A DNA stretch of 64,000 nucleotides from Octopus sinensis (Eukaryota). The notes beneath the pieces are model-generated. The model searched no databases. It was not told the DNA's origin and worked only from the letters and a program-made list of their open reading frames with translations. The position numbers were made by a program, and so were the translations under genes. Position 1 is the stretch's first letter; the number at the start of each line of letters is the position of its first letter. This document shows, piece by piece, positions 25,798-38,483 of this stretch. The DNA is taken from NCBI RefSeq assembly GCF_006345805.1, contig NC_043004.1, positions 101,618,001 to 101,682,000 of the forward strand. The letters run 5' to 3'.

Positions 25798-28700
25798 GTA
25801 TATATGTGTGTATATATATATATGTATATATATGTGTGTGTATATATATATATATAAATATATTATCATCATCATCATCGTTTAACGTCCGCTTTCCTTG
25901 CTAGCATGGGTTGGACCTAGCAACACACACACACACACATACACACACACACGTTATGTGCAGTTATAATGAAAACATGAAAACGATTTTACAGTAATCT
26001 GATGAGTTACCCTATACTTTTGTAGAGTACAAATTTATTATTCTTAGAAAGAAAATGAAACATGTGATTATAAATGCACCATAAAAACCCATGTAATTAA
26101 TCTACCTGTTTTGCAAAAATAAAAATAAACTTTAGTGGGTGCGTAATTTACATGAGTTGATTGTTTCCAGGATTGTTTTAGAAATTTTTTTTGTTGATAA
26201 ATATAAGAATTCATACTAGAAGTTGACTCATTTAATCTTAATGGTTAACTACTTTTGAAGTCTGATGTACATGCTGGTAACCACGGTCCAGGCTATATTT
26301 TACATATTTTATTCATTTGAGTAAAGTGTCAGCCAAGCTGATGCTTATTGGTGATTGAACTTAATTTGCAACACCATGGAGGGTATACTAAGTGAGAAAA
26401 ACAGACTGACACTTGTCAGTTCCGCAAAACTGATTTTATTTATATAGACAACACAAACACTTTGTAATTTAATAGCTTTTAATGTGATACCTGTTAAAGA
26501 GAAATTATTTTTATTTCATGAAAATGTAATAATATCTAATAAGTATGTGAAATTATACTAAATACAGCTAAATCGAAAACCATTTTCCCCAGGCCATATC
26601 GGCAATTCTGAAAACATTTGGGTGTGAATTTCACATGAATAAAAGCTTTTTAACAATTTTTATCCTGAAAATCAATTGCATAAATTACACAGGTGTGCAA
26701 ATTACTTGAGTTTTTATGGCATATCCATATTTTGGTTAAGTCAGCCAAGAATAATGATTTCTCCAAAGTAAGGAAATAACCAAAGATTGACAGTTTATAT
26801 ATGTCATCATCATCATTTAACATCCACTTTTCTCTACTTGCATGGGTTGGATGGATCTGACCCATATGCACCTGTTATATTTGTATACACCTTGTATCTT
26901 TTCGGTTTGAACGGCAGTTTTTTCTAGTGGTGTCATATGAAATTGTCACCCATAATTATGACCCTAGTATCGATCTATTGCATTTCAATCTGTTTTAGGG
27001 TTAGTTAGGATTAGGGGTAGGGGGAAGGGTATCTTTTTTTCTTCACAAATGTAAATAAACCCAATCTGTTTCTTAAACGAGGGACATATTCACACAGCAC
27101 AGAATGCTTTTTACCTCAATGGACGACATTGATTGGTTGAAATTGCAGAAATTGAAGAAAAAAAAAACAACAAATATCTTACAAACTATAGAATTTTTTC
27201 AATAAAGCCAAGAGAAAAAGATGTTTTATATACACATTCTACCAGTATGCGAAGTTTAAAAGTGTTTAGTTACCTAGAAATTATGTTAAAAACTGCCGTT
27301 CAAACCGAAAAGATCATACACCTCCTCCTGCTTCTATAAATAAAGGAAATAGCTCCTGAGTCCATCAGAAAAGTCTAATCATCTTCAATTTGTGGAAAAG
27401 TAAGAAATATGAGATAATATTTAAACACAAACCTAAGAATAAATGTCCTTGTTAAAACTCATTCACCTGCTGACTTGCTTGCTATCCTCTCATTCTCTCT
27501 CTGCCCACTTTTCTCTTATCTCTCTTTTCCTATCTTTCCTTCTTTGCTCTCCTTCTCTCTCTCTCTCTCTACTTCTAGTCTTTATCTTCTTTAGTACACT
27601 CTCACTAACTGCCACTTTTTGGTTCCATTGCAGGCATTGAGAAACCTGGAAGCGAATGAGGCACAAGTTTGCTGCCTTATCATACAATTGCTGCTGATGC
27701 GGCATAATGATTTCAAGAGTAGGGTCTCTGACTTTGTGAAAATGGTGAGTCGAGTTTCCTTGTTGGCTATTTCTGTTACATTGAAATATGATGGCTGATA
27801 TGGCTAGCATAAACTAACTTATTTTGCAGTGAGGTTATACTTGGCTGTTTGTGTGTCTATGGCATAAAAGCATATTGATGTTGTGATCACGTGACCGACC
27901 AGACCATCAGATGTTGTTACACATCGCTGGTCACAATGCGTTCGCATTATTTTAGCCTTCGAATAACGCCACCCCGCTGGCCAAATGAGCAGGCCAACAG
28001 AAGAAAGAGTGGGAGAAAGAGTGGTGAAAGAGTACAGCAGGGATCACTGCCCCCTGCCGGAGCCCCGTGGAGCTTTTAGGTGTTTTCGCTCAATGAACAC
28101 TCACAACGCCCGGTCTGGGAATCAAAACCGCGATCCTGCGACTGCAAGTCCGCTGCCCTAACCACTAGGCCATTGATGTTGTATGACATACAATCATATT
28201 GATATGGTGTGATATACAAATATATATGAGGTACACACTAGGACAGTGGTTCTCAACTATGGTCCATGTTGTCCCTGCGGGATTTTAAGTGGGGCCCACG
28301 CAAGCAAAATAGTAAACTGGAAATCCACATTAGTATTTTAAGGGTTCATGAAAATATTTTCAGTTGTGTTTATTGTATGGAACAGGTTGGTTTCTTTCTC
28401 TAATGTTTTATATTGTTTAACATGTTTCTGGCCACTGGAATACACGTTCTCTCAGAGAGTGTAATTGCAAACCTATATGGATGGATGGAAGCACTCCGTC
28501 GGTTACGATGACGAGGGTTCCGGTTGATCCGATCAACGGAACAGCCAGCTCGTGAAATTAACGTGTAAGTGGCTGAGCACTCCACAGACACGTGTACCCT
28601 TAACGTAGTTCTTGGGGATATTCAGTGTGACACAGAGAGTAACAAGGCCGGCCCCTTGAAATACAGGTACAACAGAAACAGGAAGTAAGAGTGAGAGAAA

Positions 28701-31457
28701 GTTGTGGCGAAAGAGTACAGCAGGGATCACCACCATCCCCTGCCGGAGCCTCGTGGAGCTTTAGGTGTTTTCACTCAATAAACACTCACAACGCCCAGTC
28801 TGGGAATCGAAACCACGATCCTACGACCACAAGTCCGCTGCCCTAACCACTGGGCCATTGCACCTCCAAACCTATATGAGTGAATGTGTGACAAAACAAA
28901 ATAGGAATTTTGAAAGTAGTGTCTATAAAGCTATTTTTCAAACATCAAATGTCTATGGGGGTCACCTGAGTAAAACAGTAATCTAAGGGATTCATAGGCG
29001 TAGGAGTGGCTGTGTGGATTAGTAGCTTGCTTGCGAACCACATGGTTCCGGGTTCTGTCCCACTGCGTGGCACCTTGGGCAAGTGTCTTCTACTCTAGCC
29101 TCGGACCGACCAAAGCCTTGTGAGTGGATTTGGTAGACGGAAAATAAAAGAAGACCATCGTGTGTATATATATATATGTGTCTGTGTGTGTTTGTCCCCC
29201 AACATCGCTTGACAACCGATGCCGGTGTGTTTATGTCCCCGTAACTTAGTGGTTCGGCAAAAGAGACCGATAGAATAAGTACTGGGCTTACAAAGAATAA
29301 GCCCTGGGGGTCGATTTGTTTGACTAAAGGCGGTGCTCCAGCATGGCCACAGTCAAATGACTGAAACAAGTAAAAAAGAGTAAAGTAAAAAGAGAGTATA
29401 GGTAAAAAATGGTTGAGAACCACTGTATTAGGATATTGGTGTGGTGGGACATACTGGCATTTTGATGTGGTGGGACATACTAGGATAGTAAGGAAGTAAG
29501 ACATACTTAGATACTGATGTGCTGGGATGTATTTAGTACTAGCAGTATCAGCCGCCGTTGCTCGGGTTTGTAAGGGAAATAACTATATAAGCATTTTTAG
29601 AGATGTAAAGTATAATAACCATCTCAATATGGCTAACCACAAAGGGGGGGGGTTACTGTAGCTTTTTACGTTCTGAGATTTAATAAATTTTTAGAGAGTT
29701 ACTTCCCTTATATATGCCAAAAATGCATTAAAAATGGGAAAAATTATGGTAAATTTTTTTTTAAATCGTAGACTCCTCGTAGACATGCGCTAATACCTAG
29801 AAGGGCTAGATATGAATCACGACTATAAGATACCCGCTTTTGGTTACACTGCACCGCAAAATGTGGGAGTAGTTAGGAATCTAAATCGTAGGAGACAGAC
29901 ACCACACAACCTCACTTTTATAAAGATAAGACATGGTATGCTGCTAAGTGATAGAGACATGTAATATTGAATGACTATATTGTAACCAAATCTCATAGAA
30001 TTAGAAAAGAAATTCCAGACATGGAAATAGAACAAGGAATTGGAATGCCTCAAAGTGAATTAAACAAAAGGTAAAGTATTTTTAGGTAATGAAACACAAG
30101 ATAGCCCTGCTACCATTAGGGAAATGGCCATGCTGGTTATGCAGAAAAAAGGAGCATTTGGTACACCTAGTGCCAAACTATGGCTGCACAAGAAGTGTGC
30201 AATGTCGGTAACGCTTGATGTGTAAATAGATTGATGTTATGTCTTGTTTATTGTTGCTGTTGTAATGTATCAATTAATTTTATTTTAATCTTCAGAACAC
30301 TGGAGAACATTGGTCTCAGAACAATTGGCATGAAAACCACATGAAATTCCATCGGGTATGTTGATTCTTTCTCTCCCTCCTTCCCTCCTCCCTCCCTCCC
30401 TTCCTTCCTTCCTCCTTCCCTCCCTCCCTCCCTCCCTTCATTCCTTCCTTCCTTCCTTCCTACCTACCTATCCACCCAATTGCTGCATAATAGTTAAAAT
30501 AATTTTTTCTAATTTCAATACAAGACCAGCATTTGTCTTTTAGGTGAGTGAGGAAGTCAGTTATTCTGATGCCAGTACTTCCCTGGTACTTTGTGCTATA
30601 AACCCTGAAAGGAGGAAAGGCAAAGTTGACCTTGGCAGGATTTGAACTCAAAATGTAGAGAACCGGAAGAAAATGTTGCTCAGCATTTTGTCTGGCACAC
30701 TAACGATTCTGCCATCTCTCTCTCTCTCTTTCTCTCTCTTATCCTCTTAGTGAGGCTGGGCTCAGCCCAGGTTAGCCATCCTAGTGGCATCTTCAGGTAT
30801 AGAGCTGACCAGGTCCACCAGTGTGTCCACCCCCACCACGCTGGCTGTCCCTTACCAGCCCCTCTGCACCCTCAAAGGTGATGTCGAGCTTCTGGAGTTC
30901 TTCTTTAATCATGTCCATCCACCTGAACACAATAATAATAATGATTTCGAATTTTGGCACAAGGCCAGCAATTCCAGGTGTTGGGTAAGTCAGTTACATT
31001 GCCTCCAGGGCATAGCTTGGGCTCGTTTTATTATCCTCAAAAGGATGAAAAGCAATATCAACCTTGGTGGAATTTGAACTCAGAACATGAAAACTTGAAA
31101 TGCTACTAAGCATTTTATATGGCATGCTAATGGTTCTTCCTGCTTGTCATCCTTTAATAATAATAAAAAACCATATGTTGAGAGGAATTCTTTGGGGCTC
31201 TGGAAACATGGGTGTTTTGTTTAAAATCTGTAAACAACCCTTTTGAGCAGGATGGTTTACTTGACCTGAAGTAAAGGTGAGCCTCACCTGCAAACTCTTG
31301 TGCTGTTTATCTTTATATGAGATCACCATGTTGTGCACATATGGTTGTGATCCCTGTGCCCGGTGTACCCTTATCAGATGGGTAATCATGATGGATATAT
31401 TGGTCTTCATATATTTGTACCCCAGTGTCACTTTGGTATGCGCTGCTCTCTCACTCA

Positions 31458-31496
<39 letters not shown>

Positions 31497-34496
31497 TGCC
31501 TTGATGCAGCACCAGGCACTGGCTCCCATGGCTTTTGATATTAACTGATTGGAAGTGTCATCATGTACATGTTTAGTCTTGGTATAAAAGATGGGCTACA
31601 GCAAATATTCTGCTCAATACCAACAGATTTGCTTGTCAGTTGTTTGACCATAACCAGTTGAGCATGTCCCTTGGTGGATGACAATATGTACATCTCTGGT
31701 CATGAGCAGAAGTAGTGGGGGAGCATCATAGACAAGTGTTGAAAGGAACTGCTTGGGATTTGAATAATTCACCTCTGGAAACATGGGTGTTTTGTTCAAT
31801 CTCCTTAAACAACCCTTATTCAAGAACCTTTGAATGTGATAGGCTACTCAACCTGAAGAAAATTCTAACTGGGCCTCACCTGCAAGGTCATGCACTGTTT
31901 ATCTTGATATGAGATCACTATGGTGCGCACATACAGTTGTGATGCATGAGCTTGGTGTACCCTTATTAGATGGGTAGTCATGATGGGTACATTAAGCTTT
32001 GTATGTTTTACCCCAGTGTCACTTTGATGGCATGCACTGCTCTCTCACTCAATAATTATAATAATATTAATAATAATAAATACCCTGATGCAGTACCATG
32101 CCCTGATGGCTGTACAATGCCCTGATGGTTGTACAATGTCCTGATGCAGTACCAGGCAGTGGCTCTCATGTCTTTTGATATTAACTGATTGGAAGTGTTA
32201 TCATGTACATTGTTTTGTCTTGGTATAAAAGATAGGCTACAGCAAACATTCTGCTCAATACCACAGATTTGATTGTCAGTTGTTTGACCTTAACCAGTTG
32301 AGCATGTCCCTTAGTGGCTGACGATATGTGCATCTCTGATCACAAGCAGAAGTACTGAAGGAACATCATAGCCATGTGCTGAGAGGGATTCTTTGGGGTT
32401 TGAATAATTCACCTCTGGAAACATGGGTGTTTTGTTCATCATCCTTAAACAATAACCTCATTTAGGGACTTTTTGAGCAGGATGGGCTACTCAACCTGAA
32501 GAAAATTCTAACCGGGCTCCTCCTGTGAGGTCATGTGCTGTTGTTTCTCTTGATATCAGATTACCATGTCGCGCACATATGGTTGTGATGCATGTGTCTG
32601 GTGTACCCTTATCAGACGGGTAGTCATGATGGGTATATTGGGCTTTGTATATTTTGCCCCAGTGTCACTTGGATGGCGTGCACTCTCACTCTATAATAAT
32701 AATAATAATGATAATAATAATAATAATGTATAACATTCTTTTAATTTATAGAAATATCCTGAGAAATTTTACTATGAAGGAATTCAAGATTTAAATAGCC
32801 CCAACCAGCATCAGTATCTTCCCATTTATTTTGGCAATGTCTGTCTCAGGTTTTTACCAGTAAGTATTAGAAATATTCTCTTTGAGGTTTATTACATTTG
32901 AAAATGAAGTTTTTTTTTTTTGTCTTTTACCTTAATCCGGTATAATTCTGGGCCAAAGTGTGGCTTTTATGCAGTACTTTTCTATCCATTCTGCAATGCT
33001 TTGTTATCTTTTCTTTTGTCTGCTACTTGTTTCAGTTGTTGGACCGCAGCCATACTGGGGCATTGCCTTGAAGGTTTATTCGAGCAAATCAACCCCAGTA
33101 CTTATTTTTTGCTTTTGTTTTAAGCCTTGTGCCTATTTGATTGATCTCTTTTGCTGAACTGTTAAGTTATGGAGACATAAACAAACCAATACTGGCTGTC
33201 AATAAGTTGTTGGGAGCAAGCACAAATACAAGGAGATACACATGTAAATATATACGTATGTATACAATGGGCTTCTTTCGGTTTCTCCTTACCAATTCCA
33301 TTCACGAGGCTTTGGTAGGCTTGAGGCTGTTGTAGAAGATACTTGCCCAAGGTGCCACGTAGTGGGATTGAACCCCAGACTACACGGCTGGGAAGCTTCC
33401 CTTATTGTTAGTTATTTTTCAGAATCGTTGATTGATTTCAGTGCTTTCCTTTGATATTGTGGTTATAAGTGGTGTAAGAGTGTGTACTTGTTGGTGTGGA
33501 GGCGCAATGGCCCAGTGGATAGGGCAGCGGACTCGCGGTCATAGGATCGCGGTTTCGATTCCCAGACCAGGCGTTGTGAGTGTTTATTGAGCGAAAACAC
33601 CTAAAAGCTCCACAAGGCTCCGGCAGGGGATGGTGGTGATCCCTGCTGTACTCTTTCAACACAACTTTCTCTCACTCTTACTTCCTGTTTCTGTTGTACC
33701 TGTATTTCAAGGGGCCGGCCTTGTCACTCTCTGTGTCACGCTAAATATCCCCGAGAACTACGTTAAGGGTGCACGTGTCTGTGGAGTGCTCAGCCACTTA
33801 CACGTTAATTTCACGAGCAGGCTGTTCCGTTGATTCGGATCAACCGGAACCCTCATCGTCGTAACTGACGGAGTGCTTCCTTCCATCCATCCCACTTGTT
33901 GGTAGAAGATACTTGTGAGTATTGGAACCAATTGATTTCTGGAGAAATAAGCTTGTCCTAGCCACACGGGTTCTGCTTGTTCCAAGCACAGTTGGATACT
34001 AAGCTACAGCAGGACATCAAGGCAACCCTTTATTGCATTACGTTTACACAGATCGAAAATGAGTAATTTAATCTGTGTAACATAATGCAAAGAAGTGTTT
34101 CCATTAGGTTCTGTTGTGATTCAGTGTCCAATTACACTTTGAGCCTCCAGTTCTGATGAGTTAGGTTTGATGGATAAGCATACTAAACTTTAAGTTGTAT
34201 GGAGCCGAATCTGTTATTAAATAAATTATACATACATATGTGTGTGTGTGTGTATGTATGTGTGTGTATTTTTTCTTTTATTCTTTTACTTGTTTCAGAC
34301 ATTTGACTGCAGCCATGCTGGAGCACCACCTTTAGTTGAACAAATTGACCCCAGGACTTATTCTTTGTAAACCTAGTACTTATTCTATCGGTCTCTTTTG
34401 CTGAACTGCTAAGTTACGAGTACGTAAACACATTAACATCAGTTGTCAAATGATGGTGTGGGGACAAACACAGACACATAAATACATACACACTCA

Positions 34497-34530
<34 letters not shown>

Positions 34531-36476
34531 ATGGGCTTCTTTCAGTTTCCGTCTACCAAATCCACTTACAAGTCTTTCGTCGGTCCAAGGCTATAGTAGA
34601 AGACATTTGCCCAAGGTGCCACACAGCATGACTGAACCAGGAACCTTGTGGTTTGGAAGCAAGTTTCTGATCACACAGCCACTCCATATATACATGTGTG
34701 TGTATATATATATATATGCGTAGGCGCAGGAGTGACTGTGTGGTAAGTAGCTTGCTAACCAACCATATGGTTCCGGGTTCAGTCCCACTGCGTGGCATCT
34801 TGGGCAAGTGTCTTCTGCTATAGCCCCGGGCCGACCAATTCCTTGTGAGTGGATTTGGTAGACGGAAACTGAAAGAAGCCTGTCGTATATATGTATATAT
34901 ATGTATGTGTTTGTACCCCTAGCATTGCTTGACAACCGATGCTGGTGTGTTTACGTCCCTGTCACTTAGTGGTTCGGCAAAAGAGACTGATAGAATAAGT
35001 ACTGGGCTTACAAAGAATAAGTCCCGGGGTCGAGTTGCTCGACTAAAGGCGGTGCTCCAGCATGGCCGCAGTCAAATGTCTGAAACATGTAAAAGAGTAA
35101 AGCGTATATGTGTGCATATATATACATACATGCATACATATTTATTTAAACACACACATGACAAGGTTTCTTTACAGCTTCCATTTAACAAATCCACTCG
35201 CAAGGCTTTGGTTGGTCCAGGGCTGTAGTAGAAGACATTTGTCCAAAGTGCCATGCTGTGAGACTGAATTTGAAACCAAGAATTTTAGTCAAACGAATTG
35301 ACCCTAGTCCTTTTTTTCTTTTTGCTTTTTTAAGGCTGGCACTTGTTCTATTGGGCTCTTTTGTCAAACTGCCAAGTTATGGGGATGTAAAGGTACCAAC
35401 ATCAGTTGTCAAACAGTGGTGGAGGACAAACACAAATGCAAAGACACACACACACACACCACACACACACACACATTATGGTTTTCTCTTAGTTCCTGTT
35501 TACCAAATCCACTCACAAGGCTTTGGTTGGCTCAAGGATATAGTAAAAGACACTTGCCCAAGGTGCCACACTGTGAGAATGAACCTGGAACCATGTGGTT
35601 GGGAAGCCTTATTTCTTTACTGCCCGCAAGGAGCTACACACAGAGTGGAAAAACAAGGGCAGACAAGCAGATTAAGTCGATTATATCGACCTCAGTGCAT
35701 AACTGGTACTTAATTTTGAAGGCGGCGAGCTGGCAGAAACGTTAGCCCGCCGGGCGAAATGCGTAGCCGTATTTCGTCTGTCTTTATGTTCTGAGTTCAA
35801 ATTCTGCCGAGGTCGACTTTGCCTTTCATCCTTTCGGGGTCGATAAATTAAGTACCAGTTACGCACAGGGGTGGATATAATCGACTTAATCCGTCTGTCT
35901 GTCCTCTCTGTGTTTAGCCCCTTGTGGGTAGTAAAGAAATAGGTACTTAACTTATCGACCCCGAAAGGATGAAAGGCAAAGTCGACCTCGGCGGAATTTG
36001 AACTCAGAACGTAACAGCAGACAAAATACTGCTAAGCATTTCGCCCGGCATGCTAACGTATCTGCCAGCTCGCCATCTTCTTACCACACAACCACATCTA
36101 TGCATGTATATATTTTCCATTTGAATGCTTAAATATTGAATTTCATCATCCTGAAATAAATGGTCTCCGATTAATGAAGCGTCTCAGTCATCCAGGGAGT
36201 GTCATTTGCAATGGCATGTCTGGATTCCTTGACAATGTTTTAACATGTTCTGTATGCTCAGCAGACAAAAAGCACACTCAAACAGTATCGCTTTACTCTT
36301 TTACTTGTTTCAGTCATTTGACTGCGGCCATGCTGGAGCACCGCCTTTAGTCGAGCAAATCGACCCCGGGACTTATTCTTTGTAAGCCCAGTACTTATTC
36401 TATCGGTCTCTCTTGCCGAACCGCTAAGTGACGGGGACGTAAACACAATGCTAGGGGGACAGACACACAAACACAT

Positions 36477-36519
<43 letters not shown>

Positions 36520-38450
36520 TACGACAGGCTTCTTTCAGTTTCTGTTTACCAAATCCACTCACAAAGCATTGGTCGGCCTGGGGCTATAGCAGAAGACACT
36601 TGCCCAAGATGCCACGCAGTGGGACTGAACCCGGAACCATGTGGTTGGTTAGCAAGCTACTTACCACACAGCCACTCCTACGCCTAACAGTTCTAACAGT
36701 TTACTGCATAACTTTGTACAAATTGCTCATTATTACCTTGCTTGGAAACAAACAGGTAAGGATCGGTGCTAGGAAGAGCATCAGAAGTAGAAAACTCTTC
36801 CCCAGAGTTGTTTTTATCTGATACATTCAGTCATGGAAAAGTAGATGTTAAAATGATTATGATGATTATTCACATCAATTTGCCAATTTACTAGTTCTAA
36901 ATTTTCCTTCCCCGACTGTAGGTTTTAGATATTGTCATCCACAGACTTCTTGAAGTACCTTTGGCAAATAAATCCTTGGAGAATATTTTGGAACATCTAG
37001 GAGGCCTGTACAAATTCCACGGTATAGACATTTTTGTTGTTGTTTAGCCAAAATTGAGTTTATAACAAAATATATTGTTGAGCTGAGACAAAACCAAGAG
37101 AAAGGTTTCATTTCAGACATATACTTCCGTCTGAAGTATATGTCTGAAATATACTTCAGACATATATAAGTATGTATGAAGTATATTTCATACATACTCA
37201 TGTATGTATGAAATATACATACCCTTTAGCATTCAGATTACTCTTGCAAAAGTAATATCTATTTATTTACATTGCTTTGAATTAATCATACATTACTTTG
37301 TAGCTAAGACTTTTCCATGATGTGATTGCTTAGTTTTAGAAAGACATTGTAGGATAGTCGTGAGAGGCTGGATCTGGCTAGTTTTAACTTAAAACTGGTT
37401 GGATATTTCGGCTGGATATGACTGATTTGAATGCTAAAGAGTTTAACCCTTTAGTACTTAAACCGGCCATATCTGGCCCAGATATTCTACATGTTTTATA
37501 TTCAAACTGGCCATATCCAGCCTCTTACACCTAACCTACATTGACATTCTAAAAATAGACAATCACATCATTGAAACCTCAAAGATATAATATAATGCAT
37601 GATTAGTTCAAAACAATTTGAGTGAAAAAAGTATTACATTTAACAGAGTAATCTGAACACTAAAGGGTTAAAATCTGTAGAATGCAGCTTGAAACAATAG
37701 CATCTCTGCTACTACTTTGAAACGGGCAGCAGTTCTTTTAATGCAATCCTGACAATGTATTGTCATTGTCGTTACTGTTTTTGTTATAATTGTTGCTGCT
37801 GTTGTTTTTATAATTGTTGCTGCTGCTGCTGTTGTTGTTGTGTTGCTGCTGTTGTAATTGTTACTGTTGTCATCATTGTTGTTATTGTACATGTTTTGAT
37901 TGACATTTATTTTACTTCTTTCTTTCAGATAGTCCTGTTATATACTTATACAACACTTTACATTATTATGAGAATAAGCTTTCAAATCAGCATGTACTAA
38001 AGAGGAAACTAGTACAAGCAATTGTTGGTAAAGTCTTTCCTTATGATACACTTATGATTTGTTTCTATTAGATGTCTTTTTATGTTTACCTGTTCCACCC
38101 TTCTTGAATGGATCTGTGGCACGGGTGTATTACTCCAACGCTACCACAAACTATAAAAGCTGCACTCAAAAACTGAATGACATTACAATTTCATGCATAT
38201 CGAATCAGATACATGTAGCAGTTTTGATGATCTCTCTCTTTTACTTGTTTTCAATCATTTGACTGCGGCCATGCTGGAGCACCGCCTTTAATCAAGCAAC
38301 TCGACCCCAGGACTTATTCTTTTGTAAGCCCAGTACTTATTCTATCGGTCTCTTTTGCCGAATCGCTAAGTAACGGGGACATAAACACACCAGCATCGGT
38401 TGTCAAGCAATGCTAGGGGGACAAACACAGACGTACAAACACACACATGC

Positions 38451-38483
<33 letters not shown>

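Noticed and set aside
25452-25904. Several 75-125 aa YIYI/CVCV ORFs, and similar ones at 19621-19927, 46201-46876 and 55449-56089
   Set aside because: They are dinucleotide microsatellite translations; only the embedded MED23 exons are real.
33499-33575. tRNA-like sequences at the heads of SINE families B, D and E
   Set aside because: They run directly into SINE bodies, lack a complete cloverleaf and occur in multiple copies with TSDs.
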